DNA from: an archaeon
GTDB taxonomy: Archaea; B1Sed10-29; JAVZDC01
Direction: 5' to 3'
DNA length: 64,000 bases
NCBI GenBank assembly: GCA_038874115.1
Contig: JAVZDC010000002.1
Coordinates: 39,185 to 103,184 of the forward strand
The notes under the pieces were generated by a model. The model worked only from the letters and a program-made list of their open reading frames with translations. It ran no database searches and was not told the origin of the DNA. Both the position numbers and the translations under genes were made by a program. How positions within the stretch are numbered: position 1 is the first letter of the stretch; every line of letters begins with the position of its first letter. This document shows, one piece after another, positions 1 through 8,402 of the stretch.

Positions 1-14
1 ATTGGGAAATAGCC

Positions 15-926
15 ATGGAGGAGTTTTTTAAAATATTGCAAAAACAGCATTATAAGCTCATTGGGAAAGCGGGAGCAGTAAAACTCTGTACTTGGACTAA
101 AAAATCTTTAAGAGAAAAGGGAATATGTTACAAACAAGCTTTTTATGGGATTAAAAGCCATAGATGCTTACAAATGACACCTTATTTATTTTGCAATCAA
201 AGATGCATTTTTTGTTGGAGGGCTTGGGAATTTGAGAAGCCAGAGCTACCTGCGTTATATTCTGAACCTGAAGAAATCTTTGAAGAAAGCATAAAGGCCC
301 AAAGAGAATTGTTATTTGGTTTGAAGCCTATCGCAAACCCAAAACTTTTCGAGGAAGCACTAAATCCAAACCAAGTCGCTATTTCATTGGACGGTGAACC
401 AACTTTGTACCCGCATCTTCCAGACCTTATTGAGATATATAAAAAGAACGGTTTCACTACATTTGTTGTTACAAACGGCCAAAATCCGGAGATGTTGGAG
501 AGAATAAACCCGACACAACTTTATGTTTCTTTAGATTCTACCTCAGAAGAAATGTATAAGAAAGTTAATCGGCCAATATTAGGAGCATCTTTTAACAAAT
601 TGATGGAAAGTTTAACCATGCTTTCAAGTCTTAAAACAAGAACAGTTGTTAGGATAACTTTGATAAAAGGAGTTAATGCTGATGTTGATGGATATGTAAA
701 AATTTTGGAAAAAGCTCAGCCTGATTTTGTAGAAATAAAAAGTTATATGGCTGTTGGTTTTTCGAGAAATAGACTTGGAATGGACTTTATGCTTTCTCAT
801 GAAGAAATAAAAAACTTTTCAAAAATAATTTCGGAACGTACAGGTTTCAAGATAATGAATGAACAACCAATAAGTAGAGTCGTCCTTTTATCCTCTGGGA
901 AGAAACCTACTAAGATCCAAATTTAA
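15..926 (+). CDS. taw1: tRNA 4-demethylwyosine synthase (Taw1/TYW1-type radical SAM)
   Basis: 303-aa ORF with radical-SAM Cys triad CNQRCIFCW and an upstream Cys-rich N-terminal region (KLCTWTKKSL..GICYK), as in Taw1/TYW1. Confidence 0.85.
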   Translation: MEEFFKILQKQHYKLIGKAGAVKLCTWTKKSLREKGICYKQAFYGIKSHRCLQMTPYLFCNQRCIFCWRAWEFEKPELPALYSEPEEIFEESIKAQRELLFGLKPIANPKLFEEALNPNQVAISLDGEPTLYPHLPDLIEIYKKNGFTTFVVTNGQNPEMLERINPTQLYVSLDSTSEEMYKKVNRPILGASFNKLMESLTMLSSLKTRTVVRITLIKGVNADVDGYVKILEKAQPDFVEIKSYMAVGFSRNRLGMDFMLSHEEIKNFSKIISERTGFKIMNEQPISRVVLLSSGKKPTKIQI

Positions 927-937
927 CTTAGTACGGT

Positions 938-3900
938 TTGAGAACTTTTTTAATTTACTTTTTTGTCAGAAATTTCATGATACCATTACAAGCTATAGCT
1001 GGCTCAAACATTTTATTCATCGTTTTAGACGTAATTTCTTTTATATTTCAACCTTATTTTGTTACTTGGGTTTCTTTTTCTCTCGCCAACCCTTCTGAAG
1101 TCTCTTCAATCGCAGATTCTTTTGATATCCCACCGATACAGGCACCTTATGAGTATTTTAATTTTAACGATTCAAAACTTATAGAGGAAGATGTAAAGAG
1201 AGCATGGGAAGCAGCAAACAGAGCAAAAATAGAAGCATCTAAGATGAGATCATCCATAAATCCAGTAGATATATTCTCTTCTTATGTTTTAGCAAGGGAA
1301 TATATAGTTCAAGCAGCTATTTCATCAAAAGAAGCATTAGATAAAATGATAGTGCTTTTAGGTCAAGATCTATCTTATTACGAATATTTGGGCGCTCAAA
1401 ATTACTCTGGGAAAGCACACGAAGGCTACATCAGAACTTTACTCTACTTGGAATCCATACTTCAAGGTAAAAATGGTTCAAAGAAATGTGTTCCTGGTTC
1501 CTTTGAACAGGGCGCATGTTTAGTTTTATTTTCCTCAAACCCCGCAAGTTTTTTCAACCTTATTCTTGGTGCAAATAGTAACTCGATGTTAAAACAAATC
1601 AAACCAATCCATACCTCTAATTTAGAATACTTTGCAAGTATGTTCGAAGAAAAACAAAAACTTTCGCAACAATTGGATCTTAATATAAGAAGTTCTATCC
1701 AAATCTTAACTCGTTTGGAGAATGAAAAAATAGAATCTGTTGATTCTTTTGTTTTAAGAAACATTCCTTATAATTCCAATTCTTTTAGATTTGGCTTCCC
1801 AGGAGCTCCATCTGAAAAGTACTCTTTCTTAAAAAACAGGATTGAATACATTCAAGAACAAAAGAAGTTTGCTGAATATATCTTTTCTTCAAAAAGACCA
1901 GGGTTTTTGGGAGAAACGATAAGCATCTATTCTGAAAGTTTAGAAGAATCGGAAAAAGTTTTAAATGAAAGTAAAGAATTACTAATTTTTTTAACAAATT
2001 TAGCTGAAAATGCAAAAAGAGAATGTTTGAAAAAATCCGAAGGAAAAACAAAAGATGACCCTTATGTAATTCAAGCATTACTTTATGTAAAAAAAGCAGA
2101 CTCTTCAGAGACTCTTGGTGAAAAGATCTCTTATTATTCAAAAGCATTAGAATTCTTGGATGCAAGCGATAAAATAAAGGCTGAAGATAAAAAGTCATAC
2201 TTCGAAAAAATTCATTATTTGGAAAGAGCGGTAAAGAATCTTGAAAATTTTGATTTTGATGTTTCTTATGAAAAAGATATTTTGGAAAAGCTTAAGGGGG
2301 CGCAAACAATCGAAGAAATTTCGGCTAATTGGGCAACTTTACTCGAACTTGAAACAAAAATAAGCGAGAAGTTTAAACCGATCTCAGAGTTTTTAACAAA
2401 AATGCAACGAAAAGCAAGCAGTGCAATTTCTACTTTAAAATCACTTGGGAAATTAAATGAAAGCCTTGAGCTCGAATTTATTTCTTATTCAACAAAGGAT
2501 AATTTAATTTACGGGGCTGAGAAAAGAAAATTCTTCCAAAGCCTTATCTTGTATTTAGAAAGCAATATGCAGGATTTTGAAAAACTTATTTCAGATTTTT
2601 CAGAAATAGAAATTCCTCCCGGAATTTTTTCCTGCGGGCAAAGAATAAATACTACTTTAGTTCTAGTGATTCGCAACCCAACGAATTTCATACTTGAAAA
2701 CATAACAGTACGGAAAAAAGTCGACTATAAAATATATTCTTTGGAAGGGGTCTCTTATTTCCCACCTTTCTTGATTTACACAACATCTTTAACACCTTTT
2801 TCGGAAAAGAGGATTTCATTTAAATCAGATCTTATCCCGGTGCAATGTGGGCCTGAAGTTTTGCAAATTTTAAGGGATACGGGGGAGTATAGAGAATTTT
2901 ACTTTGAGCAAAACGTTTCCATGCCAAAAGGAGCCTGCGTTTTTAAAAATTTCTCAAATTTCATCCCTATTTCTCCGTATAAAGATTGCTTCTTAACAGA
3001 AAACATAAGAGCTATCTTGCGAGAAAAAAGCCAGCTTTTTATAGAGGATGAAAAAATAGATGAGGGAGGTTCGAGTAAGTACGTGGTTAGAGTTACTAAT
3101 CTTGGTGATGCGTTAAATGATACTTCTATTTCTTTTACACCTAAATGCTTTATTCTTAGCTGGCCTCAAAATTGTACGTTTGGCGAAAAACTTTATTGTT
3201 ACCTTGGAAGTATGCAAAGTAGAGAAACAAAAGTTCTAACTTTTTCATGTAACTCCAGTTATTTGCCTGTTTATGAGCAACCAAAGTATCAAGTTATTGT
3301 TCAAAACTTTTCTTCTCCAAATGGGCTTTCAGAAAACATGTTCGAGCTTTCCTTTAGTTCAGGAACTCTAAACGAATCAAACATACAGAGTTTTAACGAG
3401 AGTTTTGCACAAGAAAAAATTGAGTCGTCATCTCTTTTTGAAATTCAAGAATTATTCGACAAACTTGAAGAAAAAATCGCAATTTTCAAAACAGCGATAG
3501 AACCTGCTGATTTAAACATCCCATTTAGCCCATTATACACCACTAAAGATTTAGAGAACATTTTAGGTAAGTATGAACGGTTGAAAGATTTAAGTATGAA
3601 ACAGCTCACTGAAACACAGTTGAAAAATTTAGAAAATGAATCTAAAAAGTTATTAAATCAAGTTCAAAAATATATAGATGAGTTAAACTTATCTGCAGTA
3701 AGTAAAATTCAGTTTGCAAAGAAGAATTGTGAAAAGGCATGCAACTACGAGTATTTGGAAAAAGCAGCCCAAGAATATTCGGAAAATAGATTTACAGCAG
3801 CAGCAATGTATGCTTTAGCAACAAGACAAAAAAACCAAGAGTTTCCTTATGAAATTGTTGGAATTTTTATTCTTCTCTGCTTTTTAGGTTTTCTTTTACT

Positions 3901-3946
3901 CAAGTCTCCACATAAAGAAAAAACATTTTTTAAAAACTTAGGATAA
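938..3946 (+). CDS. large membrane-anchored surface protein, function unknown
   Basis: 1002-aa ORF (TTG 938 or ATG 977). Hydrophobic N-terminus; C-terminal TM helix IVGIFILLCFLGFLLL plus basic tail. K/E-rich helical stretches and two beta-rich CARDB-like segments (VLVIRNPTNFILENITV; YVVRVTNLGDALNDTSISF..ETKVLTF). Many N-x-S/T sequons; no enzyme motif seen. Confidence 0.7.
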   Translation: MRTFLIYFFVRNFMIPLQAIAGSNILFIVLDVISFIFQPYFVTWVSFSLANPSEVSSIADSFDIPPIQAPYEYFNFNDSKLIEEDVKRAWEAANRAKIEASKMRSSINPVDIFSSYVLAREYIVQAAISSKEALDKMIVLLGQDLSYYEYLGAQNYSGKAHEGYIRTLLYLESILQGKNGSKKCVPGSFEQGACLVLFSSNPASFFNLILGANSNSMLKQIKPIHTSNLEYFASMFEEKQKLSQQLDLNIRSSIQILTRLENEKIESVDSFVLRNIPYNSNSFRFGFPGAPSEKYSFLKNRIEYIQEQKKFAEYIFSSKRPGFLGETISIYSESLEESEKVLNESKELLIFLTNLAENAKRECLKKSEGKTKDDPYVIQALLYVKKADSSETLGEKISYYSKALEFLDASDKIKAEDKKSYFEKIHYLERAVKNLENFDFDVSYEKDILEKLKGAQTIEEISANWATLLELETKISEKFKPISEFLTKMQRKASSAISTLKSLGKLNESLELEFISYSTKDNLIYGAEKRKFFQSLILYLESNMQDFEKLISDFSEIEIPPGIFSCGQRINTTLVLVIRNPTNFILENITVRKKVDYKIYSLEGVSYFPPFLIYTTSLTPFSEKRISFKSDLIPVQCGPEVLQILRDTGEYREFYFEQNVSMPKGACVFKNFSNFIPISPYKDCFLTENIRAILREKSQLFIEDEKIDEGGSSKYVVRVTNLGDALNDTSISFTPKCFILSWPQNCTFGEKLYCYLGSMQSRETKVLTFSCNSSYLPVYEQPKYQVIVQNFSSPNGLSENMFELSFSSGTLNESNIQSFNESFAQEKIESSSLFEIQELFDKLEEKIAIFKTAIEPADLNIPFSPLYTTKDLENILGKYERLKDLSMKQLTETQLKNLENESKKLLNQVQKYIDELNLSAVSKIQFAKKNCEKACNYEYLEKAAQEYSENRFTAAAMYALATRQKNQEFPYEIVGIFILLCFLGFLLLKSPHKEKTFFKNLG

Positions 3947-4419
3947 TCTTCCAATACTTTAGAAAAATCAACTTTTTCAGATTCAGCTTTACCTTCAAGT
4001 GCTTTTTCCATAATCTCGATTATTTTTCTTATGCTTTTCTTCGTGCAATCTATTTCAAAAACTTTTCCATACTTTATTTCAGCACATATCGTGCAATAAT
4101 CCAAGGCTTCGCACTCCAAATTTTCCAAAATCTTCTTTTTACTATATCCTCTTTTTGCAAGTCTTTTAGCTAAAACTTTTGGTGAGCAACGAAAGACAAA
4201 AACAAAGGAATCTGGGAGATAAAATTCGCATAAGAGATGACTTTCTAAAACCCCCTCGAAATTCATTAATTTTTTCTTAAGCCATTTAAGAGTAAATCTT
4301 TTCCCCTCAACAAGAGACCCAACAGAAACGAATGGAAGATTATGCTTCTTTGCAAAAGCTTTTCCAATAGTTGTTTTCCCAACACCAGGAGTACCAGTTA
4401 TTATTATCCTTCTTATCAT
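3847..4419 (-). CDS. Fap7/AK6-type putative adenylate kinase / NTPase
   Basis: P-loop ITGTPGVGKTT at the N-terminus; size and layout of archaeal Fap7-like kinases. The last ~33 codons overlap the convergent 938..3946 gene. Confidence 0.75.
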   Translation of the reverse strand: MIRRIIITGTPGVGKTTIGKAFAKKHNLPFVSVGSLVEGKRFTLKWLKKKLMNFEGVLESHLLCEFYLPDSFVFVFRCSPKVLAKRLAKRGYSKKKILENLECEALDYCTICAEIKYGKVFEIDCTKKSIRKIIEIMEKALEGKAESEKVDFSKVLEDYPKFLKNVFSLCGDLSKRKPKKQRRIKIPTIS

Positions 4420-4533
4420 TGTTATTTTTTTATAATTCTATTTTTAAATTTTTTTGTATCACAAGAAGTACTTTTAGTTCAAAAAGAATAAATTTATATT
4501 TTTGTCCAAAAATTTTAAAAAAAAGGTGATCGA

Positions 4534-4674
4534 ATGGTCGAATTTGTTAAAACATGCAGGCATTGCTTCAGAGAGCAAGGAATTTCTGTTCAATTATATA
4601 AAAAAGGTCAAAAATGGGTTTGCCCAAGGAATCCTAATCATCAATTTTCAGAAGAGGAGTTTCAATCGCTATGA
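4534..4674 (+). CDS. 46-aa zinc-ribbon-like small protein
   Basis: Not in the ORF track (<60 aa). GGTGAT SD at 4525-4530 then ATG 4534. Product MVEFVKTCRHCFREQGISVQLYKKGQKWVCPRNPNHQFSEEEFQSL has C-x2-C..C-x5-H. Its stop overlaps the next start as ATGA (4671-4674). Confidence 0.55.
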   Translation: MVEFVKTCRHCFREQGISVQLYKKGQKWVCPRNPNHQFSEEEFQSL

Positions 4675-5171
4675 TTTTCTCAAAGTCTCCATCTTTACAG
4701 GATAAAAAACTGTTCGCATACGTAATGTTAGCCCAAAAAATAAAAGATTTGGATCCAAAGGAATTAGGGGAATATTTATACTCTTTGGAAAAATCAAATT
4801 TTTCAGATGAATGTCTTTATTCTCTTTTCCAAAATCAATACCAAACTTTTATGAATACTTTTTTATCAAAAAGCATATTTGATAAGTCAAATAGTTCTTT
4901 TGAATTCTTTTTTGAGTATCACAATCCTTTTGATGACTCGTTTATTCTTCCAGGTCAAATCTTGAGCGCAAGAGTGTTTTTCCAGAAAGGAATACAGAAG
5001 AAAAAAGCTTTAGTTAAAACTCCTTTAGGAACAATCCAAGCTACTGTTTTTCTTGGTTTGGATGAGAAGGATTTAGATTTAAAAAATTATGTTTTAGTCC
5101 ATGGCGATGTAATTTGTTGGAAATTAAGTGAAAAAGAATACGAAATCATAATTAAAAACTATTTTTCATAA
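4671..5171 (+). CDS. hypothetical protein with possible HypC/HupF-like C-terminal OB module
   Basis: 166-aa ORF translationally coupled to the zinc-ribbon gene. The C-terminal ~75 aa (LPGQILS..ALVKTPLGTIQATVFLGL..NYVLVHGDVICWKLSEKEYEII) resembles the HypC pattern by eye only. Confidence 0.55.
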   Translation: MIFSKSPSLQDKKLFAYVMLAQKIKDLDPKELGEYLYSLEKSNFSDECLYSLFQNQYQTFMNTFLSKSIFDKSNSSFEFFFEYHNPFDDSFILPGQILSARVFFQKGIQKKKALVKTPLGTIQATVFLGLDEKDLDLKNYVLVHGDVICWKLSEKEYEIIIKNYFS

Positions 5172-7052
5172 AACTCTTACGCTATCCAAATTTCTAGGAC
5201 TTGATGTTTCTACCTTAAATTTATAAGAAATATTTTTAGCTAAGCTCACGCATTTTTTTTCTTCTCCATGCACGGTAAGAACTAGTTTTGGTTTTGGGAA
5301 AACTTTTTTAACGAACCCAAGAAGCTGATTTACATCAGCATGACCGGAAAAGCAATCCACAGACTCAACTTTCATTTTTACATTTATCGTCCTCAATTTC
5401 CCTTCCTCATCTTCCAACGGAATTTCTTTTTCCCCTCTTTGAATTCTTCTACCCAAACTTCCTTCTGCTTGGTATCCTGCAAATAATAAAGCATTCCTCT
5501 CATCTTCTGCAATTTTTCTAAAGTACTCCATAACAGGCCCTCCGTTCATCATTCCGGAAGGGGCTAAAATTACACATCTTCCATTTTCTATTATTTCGTC
5601 TCTTTTGGATTTATCCACGTTTTGGAAAATGTTCATGTCAAATGGAGATTCCCCATGCAATATTTCTCTTTGAACATTCTTTTTCAAAAATTCAGGATAC
5701 ACTGTATGAATTGCAGAAGCTTCTTTTATCATACCGTCTAAATATACTGGAATATCCCAATTATTTTTTCTGGCATAATAAGCTATAACAAGCATTATTT
5801 CTTGGGCCCTTTCTACAGCAAAACTAGGGATTAAAACTATTCCATTTTTTTCTATTGTTTCGTGTATTAAATCCATCATCTTTTTTTCTCCAAGATATCT
5901 TGGCATTTGCACATCTTGTGGGCTTCCGTAAGTGGATTCCATTATTAAAGTCTCGAGCCTTGGGAATTCACTTTCCGCAGGATTCAAAAGTTCAGTATAT
6001 CCAAACTTAAAGTCTCCAGTATAAAGTATGTTATGTAATCCTTCTCCAATGTGTATGTGCACCATTGCGGACCCAAGGATGTGTCCTGCATTGTAAAAAG
6101 TAATTCGCATGTCTGGAGAAATATCTGTTACTTCATTGTAATTTCTAGTTATCGTATGCAAAATCTCATTTTTTATATCTTTTTCAGAATAAGGAGGAAC
6201 TTTTGCATTTTTTTCCAAAACTTCTAGATAATCTTTTTGCAAAAGAGCCATGACTTCTCTGGTAGGAGTTGTAGTATAAACAGGACCATCGTAGCCATAG
6301 CTGAATAAATAAGGTAAGAATCCACAGTGATCAAGATGGCCGTGGGATATTATTACAGCATCGATTTCTTGAATTGGAAAGCTTAAATTATTTAACAGAG
6401 GGAAAGCATTCTCCATACTTGCGACATTAACTCCACAATCCAAAAGTACTTTAGTTTCCGGAGTTTCAAGTAAAAAGCAACTCCTCCCAACCTCTCTTGC
6501 CCCACCAAAGCAAGTAATTTTTACCCAATCAGTTTCTTTAGTTTTTTGCCTAAATATTCTTTTTCCAGTCTTTTTCAAAAAGTTTTTATATTCTTTACTT
6601 TCTTTTATTAAAGTTTCCCTTATTCCTTTTAATATTTCAGATTCTGTTTTTGGTTTTCTTAGAAGCTTTGGGGTCCATTTTGTTTCAGAAATTATTTTCT
6701 TTAAAGTTTCTCCATTTTGGCCTATAATTAATCCTAATTTTTCCGCTTCAATACAAATTTCATTAAAACTTGGGTCGAATTTTATTTCAGAAATATTTGC
6801 ATCTTCAGGAACTATCTCTTTTATTTTCTGAATTGTTTGCTCTGGCGGTAAAAGAGTAGATGGGTCGCTTCTTATTATAAACTTTTTTTTATATGTAGAT
6901 GCTAGATTTTTGATTATTTGTTCATTATTTAAAAATAATTCAATGTTTTTTGTTTCTATTAAAATGTTTGGACCTTCTGCGTTAATGTCTACTACTTCAT
7001 ACTCTTTTGGAATTTCTTCACGTAATTTTTTCTTAAGTTCTTCTAAATCCAA
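5166..7052 (-). CDS. fttA: aCPSF1 / FttA: KH-domain beta-CASP metallo-beta-lactamase ribonuclease (transcription termination factor)
   Basis: N-terminal KH domains (GLIIGQNGETLKKI), HGHLDHCG metallo-beta-lactamase motif and a beta-CASP C-terminus. The track GTG 7061 lies inside the AGGTG SD; TTG 7052 is the likely start. Confidence 0.9.
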   Translation of the reverse strand: MDLEELKKKLREEIPKEYEVVDINAEGPNILIETKNIELFLNNEQIIKNLASTYKKKFIIRSDPSTLLPPEQTIQKIKEIVPEDANISEIKFDPSFNEICIEAEKLGLIIGQNGETLKKIISETKWTPKLLRKPKTESEILKGIRETLIKESKEYKNFLKKTGKRIFRQKTKETDWVKITCFGGAREVGRSCFLLETPETKVLLDCGVNVASMENAFPLLNNLSFPIQEIDAVIISHGHLDHCGFLPYLFSYGYDGPVYTTTPTREVMALLQKDYLEVLEKNAKVPPYSEKDIKNEILHTITRNYNEVTDISPDMRITFYNAGHILGSAMVHIHIGEGLHNILYTGDFKFGYTELLNPAESEFPRLETLIMESTYGSPQDVQMPRYLGEKKMMDLIHETIEKNGIVLIPSFAVERAQEIMLVIAYYARKNNWDIPVYLDGMIKEASAIHTVYPEFLKKNVQREILHGESPFDMNIFQNVDKSKRDEIIENGRCVILAPSGMMNGGPVMEYFRKIAEDERNALLFAGYQAEGSLGRRIQRGEKEIPLEDEEGKLRTINVKMKVESVDCFSGHADVNQLLGFVKKVFPKPKLVLTVHGEEKKCVSLAKNISYKFKVETSSPRNLDSVRVL

Positions 7053-7061
7053 AAAAAGCAC

Positions 7062-7658
7062 CTATTTAAAATTATGTTCGATAAGTTTAATTCCGTCTTT
7101 AGTTATTACTGCAACATCAATTCCAGTTCCACCACAATATACATCTCTTTCAGTTGCTGCTTTTACAGCCTTTATTGCTATTTTTACTCCGTCATCGGTC
7201 TTTAAATTTTCTTCAAAGCGGTCCTCTAAGACTCCGTATGCAACAGGAGAACCGGATCCCACAGCACAATATTTCTGCGATTCTATACCTCCACGGCCAT
7301 CAATATCAAATAACCATGGTTTTTCATCATACCCTGCCAACAACAGGCCAACCCACATGCCTCCTGCAGAATATAAAATATTTGATAATAGTGTTGCAGC
7401 GCTTTCTATAGGCATTCTTTTATTTCTTTCAATCTCAAATAAAGAAATTTCAGCTTTCATAATTCTTTCTACAACTTGAATGTCCGCAACAGACCCCGCG
7501 GTTCCAATAGCAATATAATTATTCAAAGGCGTAATTTTCTTTGTATCTTTTACCGCAACCAAGTCACCCATGCTGGCTTGTCGATCTGCGGCCAAAACAA
7601 CCCCATCAGAACATACGATACCTACCACACATGTTCCTGATTTCAGTTTAGTCTCCAT
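7062..7658 (-). CDS. psmB: proteasome subunit beta
   Basis: Propeptide then G|T nucleophile (KSGTCVVGIVCSDGVVLAADRQAS); typical 20S beta length. Confidence 0.9.
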   Translation of the reverse strand: METKLKSGTCVVGIVCSDGVVLAADRQASMGDLVAVKDTKKITPLNNYIAIGTAGSVADIQVVERIMKAEISLFEIERNKRMPIESAATLLSNILYSAGGMWVGLLLAGYDEKPWLFDIDGRGGIESQKYCAVGSGSPVAYGVLEDRFEENLKTDDGVKIAIKAVKAATERDVYCGGTGIDVAVITKDGIKLIEHNFK

Positions 7659-7709
7659 AATGCCACCTTTAGAAATAGGCCCATTTATTTTTTTAAACCA
7701 AACTTATAT

Positions 7710-8339
7710 TTAAACTTTATTTCCTTCAGTCATGACTTTTCTTTTTTCTTCGACTTTTGCCGATATTCCTAAAAGTTCTTTTATTGCTCTTTGAAACTCG
7801 ATCTTGGCTGAAGCATATTCTGGTAATTGCAAACATTTCTCCGGAAGTTCTATCAAATATTCGCCACCAGTTTCTTTTATTTCAGGTTTTTCCTCAACAT
7901 CCGGGAATGTTTTTTCATAAATTGCAAGAATTTGATCTTCTAATTTAGAATATTTTTTTAATAAAGTAATATCATACTCCAAAGTTTTCCCAGCAAACTT
8001 AGGGTTAAAGTCAAGCCTCACTCTACCGCCAGAAACACTTTGTACCTTCGCGATTACCCCATCAACTTCGATTTCCATGCCAGGGTACGGTTCTATATTA
8101 TTCTTTCTAAAACTTTGCAAACTAACGATTTTTATTAAATCTGCTTTTCTTTCCCCATATCCTTTTTCAGGAGGTATTTTTACGACTTTCGACTCTCCTT
8201 CTTTCATTTCTTTTAAAGCTTCTTCTAGCCCGGGAATTAAAATATTTTTCCCCAAAACAAGAAGGATATCCTTTGCTTCAAATTCTTCTCCTGTTTCTAA
8301 AGCTTTTCCTTTATATTTTACTTTTAATAGTTCAACCAT
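7710..8339 (-). CDS. FKBP-type peptidyl-prolyl cis-trans isomerase (long archaeal/SlyD-like form)
   Basis: FKBP core motifs LVLGKNILIPGLEEALKEMKEGE..PPEKGYGER with an inserted flap and a C-terminal domain. Confidence 0.85.
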   Translation of the reverse strand: MVELLKVKYKGKALETGEEFEAKDILLVLGKNILIPGLEEALKEMKEGESKVVKIPPEKGYGERKADLIKIVSLQSFRKNNIEPYPGMEIEVDGVIAKVQSVSGGRVRLDFNPKFAGKTLEYDITLLKKYSKLEDQILAIYEKTFPDVEEKPEIKETGGEYLIELPEKCLQLPEYASAKIEFQRAIKELLGISAKVEEKRKVMTEGNKV

Positions 8340-8402
8340 GATTTCACTCTTTATATTATTTTTAAAAGCAAATATTTAAATCTATAAGTTAATACTTTAT
8401 TT

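Noticed and set aside
4502-4705. 67-aa ORF from the track.
   Set aside because: It starts at a TTG without an SD and its product is featureless. A different frame holds a better-supported 46-aa zinc-ribbon ORF (4534-4674) with a GGTGAT SD and an ATGA coupling to the next gene.
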